Notes under the pieces: model-generated | Seen by the model: the letters and a program-made list of their open reading frames with translations, nothing else | Told to the model about the DNA's origin: nothing | Databases searched by the model: none | Shown: in pieces, positions 1 through 10,762 of the stretch | How positions within the stretch are numbered: the first letter of the stretch is position 1 | Layout of the letters: the number at the start of each line of letters is the position of its first letter | Made by a program: the position numbers and the translations under genes | Origin: Aeromonas sp. | GTDB lineage: Bacteria; Pseudomonadota; Gammaproteobacteria; Enterobacterales; Aeromonadaceae | Direction of reading: 5' to 3' | Assembly (NCBI GenBank): GCA_051658125.1 | Contig: JBOFMA010000139.1 | Span: forward strand, 4,660 to 68,659 | Length of the DNA stretch: 64,000 nucleotides

Positions 1-654
1 TATCCGCATGAACTGTCTGGCGGCCAGCAGCAGCGGGTGGCGATTGCCCGCGCGCTGGTGTGTAAGCCGCGCTTGATGCTACTCGATGAGCCGTTTTCGA
101 ATATCGACACGCAAGTGCGCATGAAGCTGATTTTGGAAATTCGCGCCTTGCTCAAACAGCAAGGCATCAGTGCGGTGTTTGTCAGCCACTCGAAAGAAGA
201 GGCGTTTGCCTTTGCCGATCGCTTGGCGCTATTTCGTTCGGGCCATATCGAGCAAGTGGGCTTGCCTGAGCAGCTGTATCGCCAGCCACAAAACCGTTTT
301 GTGGCGCAATTTTTGGGCGGCGTGAACTATTTGCCCGCCACCGTCATTGATGCGTACTGCGTGCAGACGCCGCTGGGGCGGGTGTGCGGCCATCAAGCGC
401 ATGGTTTTGCCGTAGGCAGTGGGTTGGAACTGATGCTGCGGCCACAGCAATTTGTGCTCAAAGAAGTAGCCAGCGGCGGCGCGGCGGATGTCACTATCGT
501 GGAGCAGCAGTTTTTGGGCCACCATTGCCGTGTGGTGTTTGAAGGCCAAGGTCTGCGTTTGGAAGCCAGCGTTGGTGAGCCGATTGTCGGCGGCCGCGCC
601 AGCGTGCATATTGCCGCGCACCACTTGGTTTTATTCCCCCCGCGCCCCATTTAA
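1..654 (+). CDS. ABC transporter ATP-binding subunit, Fe3+/polyamine (FbpC/PotA-like); 5'-truncated by window edge
   Basis: Frame 1 is open from base 1: [19 protein letters not shown] (ABC signature), LLDEPFSN (Walker B), FVSH switch, C-terminal TOBE-like region. Confidence 0.85.
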   Translation, partial: YPHELSGGQQQRVAIARALVCKPRLMLLDEPFSNIDTQVRMKLILEIRALLKQQGISAVFVSHSKEEAFAFADRLALFRSGHIEQVGLPEQLYRQPQNRFVAQFLGGVNYLPATVIDAYCVQTPLGRVCGHQAHGFAVGSGLELMLRPQQFVLKEVASGGAADVTIVEQQFLGHHCRVVFEGQGLRLEASVGEPIVGGRASVHIAAHHLVLFPPRPI

Positions 655-734
655 GGCGTTTAAATTTCCCCCTCTCTTGGCTAGGCGGCGAGCATAGGCG
701 CGCGGCCTAGGCTTTGTTAAAAAGGATTAGTTGT

Positions 735-1640
735 ATGCAAGCTCAAGCCGGACTGTGCGCTGAGGGCAATGCCCACGCGCTGTATTTGCTGTTTAACCGC
801 TGCGGCGAGGCGAGCGCGCTGCGCGCCGCTTTGACGACGCTGCCCGCGCTGTGGCACAGCGTGGCTACTGAATTTAGTGATGCGGCCTTTAGCGGCGTGG
901 TCGCGGTCGGCTCGGGCGATTGGGATGCGCTGTATCCGCGCGCGCGCCCGCCACTGTTTAGCGATTTCCCTGCGCAGCAAGGCCACACGCATTGCGCGCC
1001 GCACACGCCGTTTGATTTGTTTGTGCAACTGCGCGCCGACCGTGTCGATGTGCTACATCACGCCGGTCAGCGCGTGCTGGCGCAGTTGGCTGGATTGGTC
1101 GAGTTGGTGGAAGAGGTGCGCGGTTTTCGCAACTTAGATAGCCGTGATTTGACCGGCTTTGTGGATGGCACCGAAAACCCACAGGGCGAAGAAAAAGCCC
1201 CGGTGGCGCTGGTGGAAGGCGGCGAATTTGCTGGTGGCTCTTACCTGCACGTGCAGCGCTTTGTCCATGCGTTGACCGAGTGGCAGCGTTTGGCCGTTAA
1301 AGCACAAGAAGACATTATTGGCCGCACCAAGGCAGATAACATTGAATATGCCAGCGCGGACAAACCACTCACTTCTCACATCAAACGGGTTAATTTGAAA
1401 AACCCGCACGGCAAATCCATGGCGATTTTGCGCCAAAGCATGCCGTGGGGCACGATGCGCGAGCAAGGTTTGTTCTTTATCTCGTGCTGCCGCACGCCAG
1501 AGCACTTTACTGCCATGCTCGCTAGCATGTACCAAGGTGAAGGCGCGCATTTTGACCATATGCTGCGCTTTACCCGTGCGGTAACGGGCGCGGCCTTTTT
1601 TGCGCCAAGCGAAGATTTTTTACGCGCCGAAGGCGTGTAA
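735..1640 (+). CDS. Dyp-type heme peroxidase (YfeX-like)
   Basis: GFVDGTEN (GxxDG), SHIKRVN proximal His, ILRQSMPWG distal Arg. ATG at 735 follows AAAGGA. Confidence 0.9.
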   Translation: MQAQAGLCAEGNAHALYLLFNRCGEASALRAALTTLPALWHSVATEFSDAAFSGVVAVGSGDWDALYPRARPPLFSDFPAQQGHTHCAPHTPFDLFVQLRADRVDVLHHAGQRVLAQLAGLVELVEEVRGFRNLDSRDLTGFVDGTENPQGEEKAPVALVEGGEFAGGSYLHVQRFVHALTEWQRLAVKAQEDIIGRTKADNIEYASADKPLTSHIKRVNLKNPHGKSMAILRQSMPWGTMREQGLFFISCCRTPEHFTAMLASMYQGEGAHFDHMLRFTRAVTGAAFFAPSEDFLRAEGV

Positions 1641-1768
1641 CCGGCCGGCGCCGCGACGCTTTTTTGTGGCGGCGTTCACTTAGCGCGGCCGCGCTTTGCA
1701 GGTGCGCAAAGGTTTGCCTTTGTGGTAGGATCCCGCCCGTTTTTCGGGCTCCAGAGGTTGGATAGGCG

Positions 1769-2779
1769 ATGAGACGTGAATTAGCAATCGAATTTTCCCG
1801 CGTGACGGAAGCCGCGGCACTCGCCGGCTACAAGTGGCTTGGCCGGGGTGACAAGAATATCGCAGATGGTGCCGCCGTAGCGGCGATGCGTCATATCCTC
1901 AATGAAATCAACATCGATGGCGAAATCGTGATCGGTGAAGGCGAGATCGACGAAGCGCCGATGCTCTATATCGGCGAACGCGTCGGTACTGGCCAAGGCG
2001 ATGCGGTGGATATCGCCGTGGACCCGATTGAAGGCACGCGCATGACCGCGATGGGCCAGTCAAATGCCTTGGCGGTGCTGGCAGTGGGTGACAAAGATTC
2101 GTTCTTAAAAGCGCCCGACATGTATATGGAAAAGCTGATCGTCGGCCCGGCGGCCAAAGGCGCCATTGATTTAAATCAGGCGCTGGAGCTGAACTTAAAA
2201 GCCGTGGCCAAAGCACTGGGTAAGCCGTTGTCGCGTTTGACCGTGATCACCTTGGCCAAACCGCGCCACGATAAAGCGATCAAAGAGATGCAAGGTTTAG
2301 GCGTCCGCGTCTTTGCTATCCCCGATGGCGATGTCGCGGCCTCTATTTTGACCTGCTTACCCGATAGTGAAGTCGATATGCTGTATGGCATTGGCGGCGC
2401 GCCAGAAGGGGTGATTTCCGCAGCGGTGATCCGTGCGCTGGATGGCGATATGCAGGCCCGTTTGGTGCCACGCCACCGCGTAAAGGGCGATAGCCCAGAG
2501 GTGCGTGCGTTAGGTGAGCAAGAAATTGCCCGTTGCCAAGCGTTGGGCATTGATATCAGCAAAGTGCTCAAGCTGGAAGATTTGGCGAAAAATGACAACG
2601 TCATTTTCTCGGCCACCGGTATCACCAAAGGCGATTTGCTGGAAGGCATTCACAGTGATGGCACCTTAGCCACCACCGAAACTTTGCTGATCCGCGGTAA
2701 ATCACGCACCATTCGCCGCATTAAGTCGACCCACTACTTAGCACGCAAAGCTGAAGTGGTACGCGATATTATTCTGTAA
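1769..2779 (+). CDS. glpX: Class II fructose-1,6-bisphosphatase
   Basis: MRRELAIEFSRVTEAAAL start; VIGEGEIDEAPML, DPIEGT and PDGDV motifs. Confidence 0.97.
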   Translation: MRRELAIEFSRVTEAAALAGYKWLGRGDKNIADGAAVAAMRHILNEINIDGEIVIGEGEIDEAPMLYIGERVGTGQGDAVDIAVDPIEGTRMTAMGQSNALAVLAVGDKDSFLKAPDMYMEKLIVGPAAKGAIDLNQALELNLKAVAKALGKPLSRLTVITLAKPRHDKAIKEMQGLGVRVFAIPDGDVAASILTCLPDSEVDMLYGIGGAPEGVISAAVIRALDGDMQARLVPRHRVKGDSPEVRALGEQEIARCQALGIDISKVLKLEDLAKNDNVIFSATGITKGDLLEGIHSDGTLATTETLLIRGKSRTIRRIKSTHYLARKAEVVRDIIL

Positions 2780-2804
2780 ACCGCCCGCGTTAACGCTGAC
2801 GGAT

Positions 2805-2837
2805 AAAAAAGCCGCGCCCTTTCGGGTGCGGCTTTTT
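2805..2837. terminator. Bidirectional intrinsic terminator between convergent glpX and hemY
   Basis: AAAAAAGCCGCGCCC-TTTC-GGGTGCGGCTTTTT hairpin with A and T tracts. Confidence 0.85.
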
Positions 2838-2885
2838 GTTGGGCGCCGATTAGTTAGGCGAAGGCGTTAGGCCTTTGCCATGGCA

Positions 2886-4046
2886 TTAGGCTTGGCGCAG
2901 GGCCAGCGCTTGGCGGTAGTACTCGTTGGCTTTCACCGTTAAGCGGCGTTTGTCCATCAGTTCGCCTAAGGCGTGATAGGTGGCTACGCTCGGCGCGCTG
3001 TGGACCAATTGCTCAAGCAGGGCTTGCGCGTCATCGAGTTGCCCCGCGCGCAGCAAAAACTCAGCCAGTACGGGCGCAACGCCCGCTTCATGTTGCTTCT
3101 TTTTCAATAAGGCAATCAGCGGTTGATAGTCATCGAGTTGCAGCGTGGGCAGCGCGGCCAAAATGGCGCTTGGCGCGGCTTTCTTTAAGCTCTCACTCCA
3201 CGCTTTAGCCGCCTCGCTGTGGGCACCGAGCGCGCATAGACACTGGCCATAATGCGCTTGCAGCGCCGCGCTTTGGCGCGCAGCTTTTGGCGCCTCGGCC
3301 CATAGCTGTGTTAACTCGCTGGCCGTTGTCGCGGCCGCTAAATGCGGCTGCCACGCGCTCTCTAGCAACTCTTGCTCATCGCTGGCCGAGAGTTTTTTCG
3401 CCTTGACTAAGCTGGCTAACAGATCGCATAACGCGGCCCAGTTGTGCTGCCCCGTGTGCACTTGGCGCAGCTGCTCAAGCACCATGGGATGGCGTGGATG
3501 CATGGCATACAGCGGCTCAAGGCGTGCGAAGGCATTGGCGTATTGCTGTTGGCTGATTAGCAGCTGGCTTTGGGTCAGGGTCAAGGCTAATTCTGCCTCG
3601 GGGTGGCTGGCTTGCGCTTGCTGCAAATAGAGCTCACTTTGCGCCGTATCACCGCGCTTGGCCGCCGCTTTGGCAGCGGTTAAGTAGTTCAGCAGCGGGG
3701 TGTCGCTGTTATCTACGCTTTTGAGCACTAATTTTTCCGCTTGGGCATACTGGCCTTCGGCCAGCGCCAAGGTCGCCGCCACCGCGCGCTCGTTAGCTTT
3801 GCGGCGTTGACGCAGGCCATACCAACCGCGGGTTTTGCTACGCAGCCCGAATAAGCGGCGCAGCAGCCATTCTAAGGCCAGCAGTGCGCCATACAGCAGT
3901 ACCAGCAAGATGGCTGCGCTGGTGGCGGATGATTCCACGGTGTAGTTGCCCAGGGCGATCAGCACGTAGCCCTTGTTGCCCGCGGCTTGTGGGCCAAAGG
4001 CCAGTCCCGCGACTAAGGCGGCGACCAAAATTAGCAAACGGATCAT
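2886..4046 (-). CDS. hemY: HemY membrane/TPR protein
   Basis: MIRLLIL..GNKGYVLIALGNYTVESS N-terminus, TPR-like helices, last gene of hemCDXY. Confidence 0.92.
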   Translation of the reverse strand: MIRLLILVAALVAGLAFGPQAAGNKGYVLIALGNYTVESSATSAAILLVLLYGALLALEWLLRRLFGLRSKTRGWYGLRQRRKANERAVAATLALAEGQYAQAEKLVLKSVDNSDTPLLNYLTAAKAAAKRGDTAQSELYLQQAQASHPEAELALTLTQSQLLISQQQYANAFARLEPLYAMHPRHPMVLEQLRQVHTGQHNWAALCDLLASLVKAKKLSASDEQELLESAWQPHLAAATTASELTQLWAEAPKAARQSAALQAHYGQCLCALGAHSEAAKAWSESLKKAAPSAILAALPTLQLDDYQPLIALLKKKQHEAGVAPVLAEFLLRAGQLDDAQALLEQLVHSAPSVATYHALGELMDKRRLTVKANEYYRQALALRQA

Positions 4047-4055
4047 GCGTGCTCC

Positions 4056-5099
4056 TTAGTTGTTGCTCAGCATGCGCTGCAGACGTTCGTTGAGGGCATT
4101 ATCGAGCATCAATTGGGCTTTGAGCGCGTTGGGATAAGCCAGCTTGATTGGCTGCGCTTTGAGCTCAGTCACCTGCGTGAGCAAGGCGCGAGTGGCCGGT
4201 TGCTCGCGATCAAAGTATTGCGCGACCCAGGCTTGGGCCTGGTTCAAGCTGGCTTGATACAGCGCTTGCTCCTCGCGGTACACGCTCAGCTGTGCTTGTA
4301 GCAGTTTAGTTTTCACATTCTCGCGTAAATAAACCTCTTGCTCGGGCGACAATAGCGCTTCCACGGCGCCATCGCGGCGGCGAATGGTGATGAAGTTTTC
4401 GGTAAATTGCAGCCAGTTTTGCGTCAAATTTTGCTGCCAATCGGTGACATCTTGGCTCACGCCGGCCTCGGGCGCGGTTTGCGCGTTGGGCATATCAACG
4501 TTGGTCAGCGGCAGGCTATCCATTTGCTGTGACAGGGCGGCTAATTTTAAGCTCAAGCCTTCGCGATCGAGCACCGGCAAGCCTTTGAGTTGGGCGATAT
4601 CTTCCGCCAGCGCTTGGCGAATGACCATCAGGCTCGGGTCAGCCAGCGCCTTGATCCGCTCGTCTGCGTTATCGAGCAGGGCAATGGTGGACACTACGTC
4701 GTGTTCTAGCGCCAGTTTACGGCCAGCGATGCGCACTAAGTAATCGGCCTCGGCCAGTAGCCAGTCGTTGGGGCGCTTTTCATCTAAGTCGAGCACCCGG
4801 CTTTGTAGCCCTTGCAGCTCTTTGTGCAGCACGCGCTGTTTTTGCTCCAAGCTGGCCAGTTGGTCACGGGCAAAGCTGCCGTTTTCTGCCAATTGGCTGG
4901 CGGCGCCTTGGAGTTGCTGCTTGAGGGCGCGAATTTCATCTTGCTGCGCCACGGCTTTTTTATGGCCATGCAGATACAGGCCACCGGTTAAGCCCAGGGT
5001 GAGTAAAATGGCCACGCTGCCGAGCAGGGCGCCGGAGCGGCCGCTTTTGGCGGGGGCTGCCGTGGTGGGCACCGCGTTGTCTTCATGTTGCTTGGTCAT
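4056..5099 (-). CDS. hemX: HemX family protein
   Basis: Single TM, coiled coil, WLLAEADYLVRIAGRKL and ENFITIRRRD..ALLSPEQ..LRENVK motifs. Start ATG 5099 overlaps the end of hemD. Confidence 0.92.
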   Translation of the reverse strand: MTKQHEDNAVPTTAAPAKSGRSGALLGSVAILLTLGLTGGLYLHGHKKAVAQQDEIRALKQQLQGAASQLAENGSFARDQLASLEQKQRVLHKELQGLQSRVLDLDEKRPNDWLLAEADYLVRIAGRKLALEHDVVSTIALLDNADERIKALADPSLMVIRQALAEDIAQLKGLPVLDREGLSLKLAALSQQMDSLPLTNVDMPNAQTAPEAGVSQDVTDWQQNLTQNWLQFTENFITIRRRDGAVEALLSPEQEVYLRENVKTKLLQAQLSVYREEQALYQASLNQAQAWVAQYFDREQPATRALLTQVTELKAQPIKLAYPNALKAQLMLDNALNERLQRMLSNN

Positions 5100-5850
5100 G
5101 CAAATATCCTTGTTCGAGCGCCGCGAGCATGGCGCTGTTGGCGGCGCTGCGCGCCACAGAAATGTTGGTAAAGCCGGCGGCTTTAGCCGCATCAGCCAGT
5201 CGTGGACTTGGCAGCACCAAGTGACGACGGTATAGCCAAGGCCGGGCGCTAGGCGCCACCAAGGCGATGAGACGATCTAATAATTCCCCGCTCGTTACCA
5301 GCAGGCTATCGACCCCCGCCGCTTGCCATTGGGCGGTTAAATGCTCGCCCGCGAGCGGAGGGTAGTGCCGCGCATAGACGGCGCAGTAGTGTACCAGAGC
5401 GCCGCGCAGAGTTAAGGTCTCGGCCAGCAAATCCCGCCCGTCGTTGCCGCGCAAAATGAGCACGCGCCGCGCATCGATAGCTTGCAGCTCGGCTTGCGCC
5501 AGCAAGCCTTCGCTGCGCGGGTCATCGGGCGTTAGCGCTGTAATACCTTGGCGCGCAAACGCCGCTTGGGTCGCGCGACCAATGGCGGCATAGCGGCAAC
5601 GGGGCCAGTGTAGCCCGTTTTGTTGCAGGTGTTGGCTGGCAAACTCCACCGCAGCCACGCTCACTGCAATCACCCAATCGGCGGCGACCAAATGCGCCGG
5701 CAAGGCGCTAAGTTCGTTGCCCGCCACAATATCAAGCAGCGGGCAGGTTAGCGCCGTATGGCCATGGGCCCGCAGCAGGGCCGCCATCGCACTGGCTTGC
5801 GGTTCCGGCCGCGTGACCAGCGCAATGCGCGTGCAGGTTGGCATACCCAC
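5083..5850 (-). CDS. hemD: Uroporphyrinogen-III synthase
   Basis: LVTRPEPQA, AAIGRATQ, SEGLL, LILRGNDGRDLL and LVTSGE motifs; position after hemC. Confidence 0.93.
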   Translation of the reverse strand: MGMPTCTRIALVTRPEPQASAMAALLRAHGHTALTCPLLDIVAGNELSALPAHLVAADWVIAVSVAAVEFASQHLQQNGLHWPRCRYAAIGRATQAAFARQGITALTPDDPRSEGLLAQAELQAIDARRVLILRGNDGRDLLAETLTLRGALVHYCAVYARHYPPLAGEHLTAQWQAAGVDSLLVTSGELLDRLIALVAPSARPWLYRRHLVLPSPRLADAAKAAGFTNISVARSAANSAMLAALEQGYLHDQAT

Positions 5851-5852
5851 GT

Positions 5853-6782
5853 TTAGTCACCGTAAACCGCGGCGAGGATTTTATCCGCGCCTTGGCTAAG
5901 TAACTGGGCGGCGATGCACTCACCTAAGGCTTGTGCATCGGCGCAAGCAGCGCGGCCTTCAGCGCGCAAAATGTGCTCGCCGTCCACACTGCCGACTAAA
6001 CCGCGCAGCCACAGTTGCTCATTTTCAATTACCGCATAAGCGCCGATGGGCACTTGGCAGCCACCTTGCAGAGCGCGGTTCATTGCGCGCTCACACACTA
6101 CGCGGGCGCGGGTCGGTGCGTGTTCTAAGGGCGCGAGTAGCGCGTGCACCGCGCTGTCATCGAGTCGGCATTCAATGCCCACCGCGCCTTGGCCGTTGGC
6201 CGGCAAGCTGTATTCCGGCGCAATCAAGGCGCGGATGCGGTCGCTCATCGCTAGGCGCTTTAAGCCGGCGGCGGCCAAGATAATTGCGTCATATTCGCCG
6301 GCATCGAGCTTGGCTAGACGGGTGTTCACATTGCCGCGCAGATCTTTGATGACTAAATCGGGGCGTGCGGCGCGCAGTTGGCATTGGCGGCGCAGGCTAG
6401 AGGTGCCTACTACCGCGCCTTGGGGCAGCGCCTCGATGCTGGCAAATTGATTTGACACCAACGCATCACGCGGATCTTCGCGCTCACAAATGGTGTGCAG
6501 GCCTAAGCCCGCAGGAAAATCCATCGGCACATCTTTCATTGAATGCACGGCAATATCGGCGCGCCCATCGAGCAGTGCTTGCTCTAACTCTTTGACAAAT
6601 AAGCCTTTACCGCCAACTTTGGCCAGCGGCGTATCTAAAATCTTGTCACCTTGCGTGCTCATCGGCACCAATTCCACCGCAAGGTCGGGGTGGTGAGCTT
6701 CAAGCTGTGCTTTTACAAAATAGGCTTGCCACAGCGCTAAAGGGCTTTTGCGGGTGGCGATCTTCACGAGTCTGGCGGCCAT
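5853..6782 (-). CDS. hemC: Porphobilinogen deaminase (hydroxymethylbilane synthase)
   Basis: [38 protein letters not shown] and [10 protein letters not shown] motifs. Confidence 0.98.
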   Translation of the reverse strand: MAARLVKIATRKSPLALWQAYFVKAQLEAHHPDLAVELVPMSTQGDKILDTPLAKVGGKGLFVKELEQALLDGRADIAVHSMKDVPMDFPAGLGLHTICEREDPRDALVSNQFASIEALPQGAVVGTSSLRRQCQLRAARPDLVIKDLRGNVNTRLAKLDAGEYDAIILAAAGLKRLAMSDRIRALIAPEYSLPANGQGAVGIECRLDDSAVHALLAPLEHAPTRARVVCERAMNRALQGGCQVPIGAYAVIENEQLWLRGLVGSVDGEHILRAEGRAACADAQALGECIAAQLLSQGADKILAAVYGD

Positions 6783-6963
6783 AATCATCGCTTTTTAAAA
6801 TGGGCTAAAGATAAATAGCCGCGATGTTACCACTCTTTAGCGGGGCTTTCATGACGGCAAGCGCAAAAGCGCGCCTTAAGCCGCGCTTTTGCCCGTTTTC
6901 GTTTTGCGGCCGAGCGTTTAAGATGCCGGCCTTACTTAGCCCTTCTGTCACTTAGGCGCCCTT

Positions 6964-9531
6964 ATGACCCCAGATCACCTTTTGCCGGCGGCGTTAGCCA
7001 GCCATACGCCGATGATGCAGCAATATTTGACCCTTAAAGCGCAAAATCCGGACATTTTGCTGTTTTATCGTATGGGCGATTTTTATGAGCTGTTTTATGA
7101 CGACGCGCGCAAGGCTTCGCAACTATTAGATATTTCCCTGACCAAGCGCGGCCAGTCGGCAGGCACGCCTATCCCTATGGCGGGCGTGCCGTATCATGCG
7201 GTCGAGGGCTATCTGGCCAAATTGGTGCAACTGGGTGAATCGGCGGCGATCTGTGAGCAAATTGGCGATCCAGCCACCAGTAAAGGGCCGGTGGAGCGTA
7301 AAGTGGTGCGCATCATTACCCCCGGCACTGTCTCTGATGAGGCGCTGCTTAGTGAGCGGCAAGATAACCTGCTGGCGGCGGTGTATCACGATGGCCGCCG
7401 TTTTGGTTTTGGCACCTTGGATATGGGCTCGGGGCGCTTTTTTATTCAGCAATTTAGCCGTCAAGAAACCCTGCTGGCCGAGTTGCAACGCACGCAACCG
7501 GCCGAGCTGCTCTATCCAGAGTCCTTTGCTTTTATGCCGCTCCTTGATGGCGCGCGCGGCTTGCGCCGGCGCCCCGAATGGGAGTTTGAGCTCGGCACAG
7601 CGCGCACGTTGCTGTGTCAGCAATTTGGCACGCAAGATTTAGTCGGCTTTGGTGTGGAGCAAAGTGACACGGCGCTGTGCGCCGCGGGTTGCTTACTGCA
7701 ATACGTAAAAGATACCCAGCGCACGGCGCTGCCGCACATTCGCGGCGTGCGTTTAGAGCAGCCAGATCACGCGGTGATCATGGATGCGGCTACGCGGCGC
7801 AATTTGGAATTAACGCAAAACTTAGCCGGTGGCACCGACAACACAGTGGCTGCAGTGCTTGATGCCACGGTCACGCCGATGGGCAGTCGCTTGTTAAAAC
7901 GCTGGCTGCATCAGCCGATCCGCGATCGAGTGGTGCTGGGCGGGCGGCAAAGTGCCATTGCGAGCTTAATTGATACCGATGCGTATGACGAACTTGGTCA
8001 AGGGCTGCGCCCAGTGGGCGATATGGAGCGTGTGCTGGCCCGTTTAGCGCTACGCTCACTGCGCCCGCGGGATTTAACCCGCTTGCGCCAAGCCTTTGCG
8101 CAATTGCCCAGCGTAAATCAAACGTTGGCGGCGTGTGAGCAAGAAGCGCTGCTGCAGTTGCGTGAGCGAGTAGGCGAATTTCCCGCCTTGCACGATTTAT
8201 TAGCGTGCGCGGTGATGGACACGCCGCCGGTGCTGATCCGCGATGGCGGCGTGATCCGCGATGGCTATCACAGCGAGCTCGATGAGCTGCGTGATTTGGC
8301 TAATGGCGCCACGGCGAGCTTGGCGCGCATTGAAGAGCGCGAGCGCCAGCTTACCGGTATCAGCACGTTGAAAGTCGGCTACAACAAGGTGCATGGCTTT
8401 TTTATTGAAGTCAGCCGTGCCAGCAGCCACTTGGTGCCGGTGCACTATATGCGTCGGCAAACGTTAAAAAATAACGAGCGCTATATCATTGATGAGCTGA
8501 AAACCTATGAAGACAAGGTACTCAGCGCCCAATCCCAAGCCCTAGCCTTGGAAAAGCGCCTGTATGAAGCGTTAATCGATAGTTTGCTGCCGCATCTGCC
8601 GGCGCTGCAAGAGTCGGCCGCGGCATTAGCCGAGCTCGATGTGCTGGCTGGTTTAGCCGAGCGCGCGCAGGCACTGGACTATCACTGCCCGCAGTTGGTT
8701 GATAGCCCCTGCATCAGCATTGAGCAGGGCCGCCATCCGGTAGTGGAGCATGTGCTGCGCGCGCCGTTTATTCCCAATCCGGTGGCGCTGCATGCCGAGC
8801 GGCGCATGCTGATCATTACCGGGCCAAATATGGGCGGTAAATCGACCTATATGCGGCAAACGGCGCTGATCGTGTTGCTCGCGCATATAGGCGCCTTTGT
8901 GCCGGCCGCGGCGGCGCGCATCGGGCCGGTGGATCGCATTTTCACTCGCATTGGCGCGTCAGATGATCTGGCGTCGGGCCGTTCGACCTTTATGGTGGAA
9001 ATGACCGAAACGGCGAATATTTTAAATAACGCCACTGCGCAAAGCTTGGTGCTGATGGATGAAATTGGCCGCGGCACCAGTACCTACGATGGCCTGTCAT
9101 TGGCTTGGGCGTGCGCCGAGCAGCTCGATAACATTGGCGCCTATACCCTGTTTGCTACCCACTATTTTGAGCTCACCGAGTTGCCGCAGCGCTTGCATGC
9201 GCTGGCCAATGTGCATCTCGATGCGCTCGAACATGGCGATAGCATTGCCTTTATGCATGCGGTGCAAGATGGCGCGGCCAGTCGCTCGTATGGTTTACAA
9301 GTGGCTGCGCTGGCGGGCGTGCCGAAAAGCGTGATTACCACCGCGCGGCACAAGCTAGCCCAGCTTGAAGCCAGCGCGCCGAGCAGTGATGCCACCTGCG
9401 CTTTGCCTGCGCCCGTTGCTTTGCCCGCACCCCATCCGGTGCTCGATGCGCTGGCCGAGCTAGCGGTAGATGACCTGTCGCCCCGTCAAGCGTTGGCCCT
9501 GCTGTATCAGCTCAAAGCACAGCTTAACTAA
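6964..9531 (+). CDS. mutS: DNA mismatch repair protein MutS
   Basis: [34 protein letters not shown] (Walker A), STFMVEM and MDEIGRGTS motifs. Confidence 0.99.
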   Translation: MTPDHLLPAALASHTPMMQQYLTLKAQNPDILLFYRMGDFYELFYDDARKASQLLDISLTKRGQSAGTPIPMAGVPYHAVEGYLAKLVQLGESAAICEQIGDPATSKGPVERKVVRIITPGTVSDEALLSERQDNLLAAVYHDGRRFGFGTLDMGSGRFFIQQFSRQETLLAELQRTQPAELLYPESFAFMPLLDGARGLRRRPEWEFELGTARTLLCQQFGTQDLVGFGVEQSDTALCAAGCLLQYVKDTQRTALPHIRGVRLEQPDHAVIMDAATRRNLELTQNLAGGTDNTVAAVLDATVTPMGSRLLKRWLHQPIRDRVVLGGRQSAIASLIDTDAYDELGQGLRPVGDMERVLARLALRSLRPRDLTRLRQAFAQLPSVNQTLAACEQEALLQLRERVGEFPALHDLLACAVMDTPPVLIRDGGVIRDGYHSELDELRDLANGATASLARIEERERQLTGISTLKVGYNKVHGFFIEVSRASSHLVPVHYMRRQTLKNNERYIIDELKTYEDKVLSAQSQALALEKRLYEALIDSLLPHLPALQESAAALAELDVLAGLAERAQALDYHCPQLVDSPCISIEQGRHPVVEHVLRAPFIPNPVALHAERRMLIITGPNMGGKSTYMRQTALIVLLAHIGAFVPAAAARIGPVDRIFTRIGASDDLASGRSTFMVEMTETANILNNATAQSLVLMDEIGRGTSTYDGLSLAWACAEQLDNIGAYTLFATHYFELTELPQRLHALANVHLDALEHGDSIAFMHAVQDGAASRSYGLQVAALAGVPKSVITTARHKLAQLEASAPSSDATCALPAPVALPAPHPVLDALAELAVDDLSPRQALALLYQLKAQLN

Positions 9532-9614
9532 GCACGGTAAATGCCAGCGTCTTGTGCCATGCTGGCCGTTAAGTCGGCGCTTAAGGCTGCATCTTCGCCA
9601 CAGAGGGCAAGGCG

Positions 9615-10319
9615 ATGGCACTGGACACCTCAGTCACGCTGTGGCGTGATATTCAACCGATGTATGGCGCGCTGGTGTCGCTAGCCATAGGTCTTATTAT
9701 TGGCTTAGAGCGCGGCTGGCAGGTGCGCAGGTTGGGTGATAGTCAACGCATCGCCGGTATGCGCACCTATGGTTTGCTCGGTTTGCTCGGCGGGGTGTGT
9801 GCGCTGCTCCCGCCCTCCTTGGGGGTAGGGCTTATCTTGCTGGGTTTGCTGGCGGTGCTAGCGGGATGCGCGCTGTCGATTTGACTGGCGCAGCGCGCCC
9901 ACGGCGAGTTTGGCCTCACCAGTGCGGTGGCCCGCGCCGTGCTGGCCGCCCTACTGATGGGGCTCAAAGGCCCGATCCAGCAAGGCATGCTGTTTTTAAG
10001 TGAAACCGAATTTCACGCCACTTTGCGTTTTTTGCTCATCTCCTTTGTGCTCTTACCCGTCCTGCCCAATCAAGAGTTAGGCCCGCTTGGCGCCTTTAAT
10101 CCATTTAAAATCTGGCTGATGGTGGTGATCATCGCCGCCATCTCGTTTTGTGGGCATTTTGCGGTGCGCTTGCTCGGCACACGGGCCGGTTTGGTCAGCT
10201 CGGTGGTCAAAGGCATCTTGGCGCAGGTGCTCGGCGGGCGCAGTTTAGGTCTGCGCGTAATGCTGCCGTACGCGGTGTCGGTGCTGGCGATTGTGCCGCT
10301 GTTATGGTGGCTGCGTTAA
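9615..10319 (+). pseudogene. MgtC/SapB-DUF4010 membrane protein, disrupted
   Basis: GLIIGLERGW..IAGMRTYGLLGLLGG (MgtC) and LLPVLPN..GAFNPFKIWLMVVIIAAISF (DUF4010). The two ORF fragments are in one frame separated by a single TGA at 9882-9884; total about 234 codons, shorter than the usual family length of roughly 400 aa. Confidence 0.8.
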
Positions 10320-10377
10320 GCCCACATTAGCCTTGGCTCAGTAGAGTGGGGTAAATTTTTGCCGCAAAGAGAACGTT

Positions 10378-10755
10378 ATGGGCAAGCAAAACATGAGTTG
10401 GCTGCTGTGGTTGCCGCTGCTCGCCGGTGGCTGGCTCGGGTTTAGTCTGCAGCAATGGGCGCCGCTGGGGCTAACGTTAGCCATGAGTGGACTGAGTTTT
10501 ATTGCGTATGGCTGGGACAAGCGCCAAGCCCGTTTGGGGCGTTGGCGTTTGCCCGAATCACGCCTGCTGTTACTGGCGATGCTGGGCGGCTGGCCGGGCG
10601 CGTTACTGGGCGCTGATTATTGGCGGCATAAAACCCAAAAGCAGCCTTATGTGCGCTGGCTGCTGGCGGTGATTGCTCTACATTACCTGCTGTGGAGTCT
10701 TTACCTTTTTGCGCCGTACACCTTGCTGGCGTTACTGCCGTGGCTGGGTTTGTAG
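10378..10755 (+). CDS. DUF1294 family membrane protein
   Basis: AYGWDKRQA..WRLPESRLLLLAMLGGWPGALLG..WRHKTQK signature. Confidence 0.85.
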   Translation: MGKQNMSWLLWLPLLAGGWLGFSLQQWAPLGLTLAMSGLSFIAYGWDKRQARLGRWRLPESRLLLLAMLGGWPGALLGADYWRHKTQKQPYVRWLLAVIALHYLLWSLYLFAPYTLLALLPWLGL

Positions 10756-10762
10756 CGTGAGC

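Noticed and set aside
4113-5923. Multiple short plus-strand ORFs within hemX and hemD
   Set aside because: They overlap confident genes and have no independent support.
9882-9884. In-frame TGA as possible selenocysteine or programmed readthrough
   Set aside because: The context suggests a former Trp rather than Cys, no SECIS-like hairpin is evident, and accompanying deletions favour decay.
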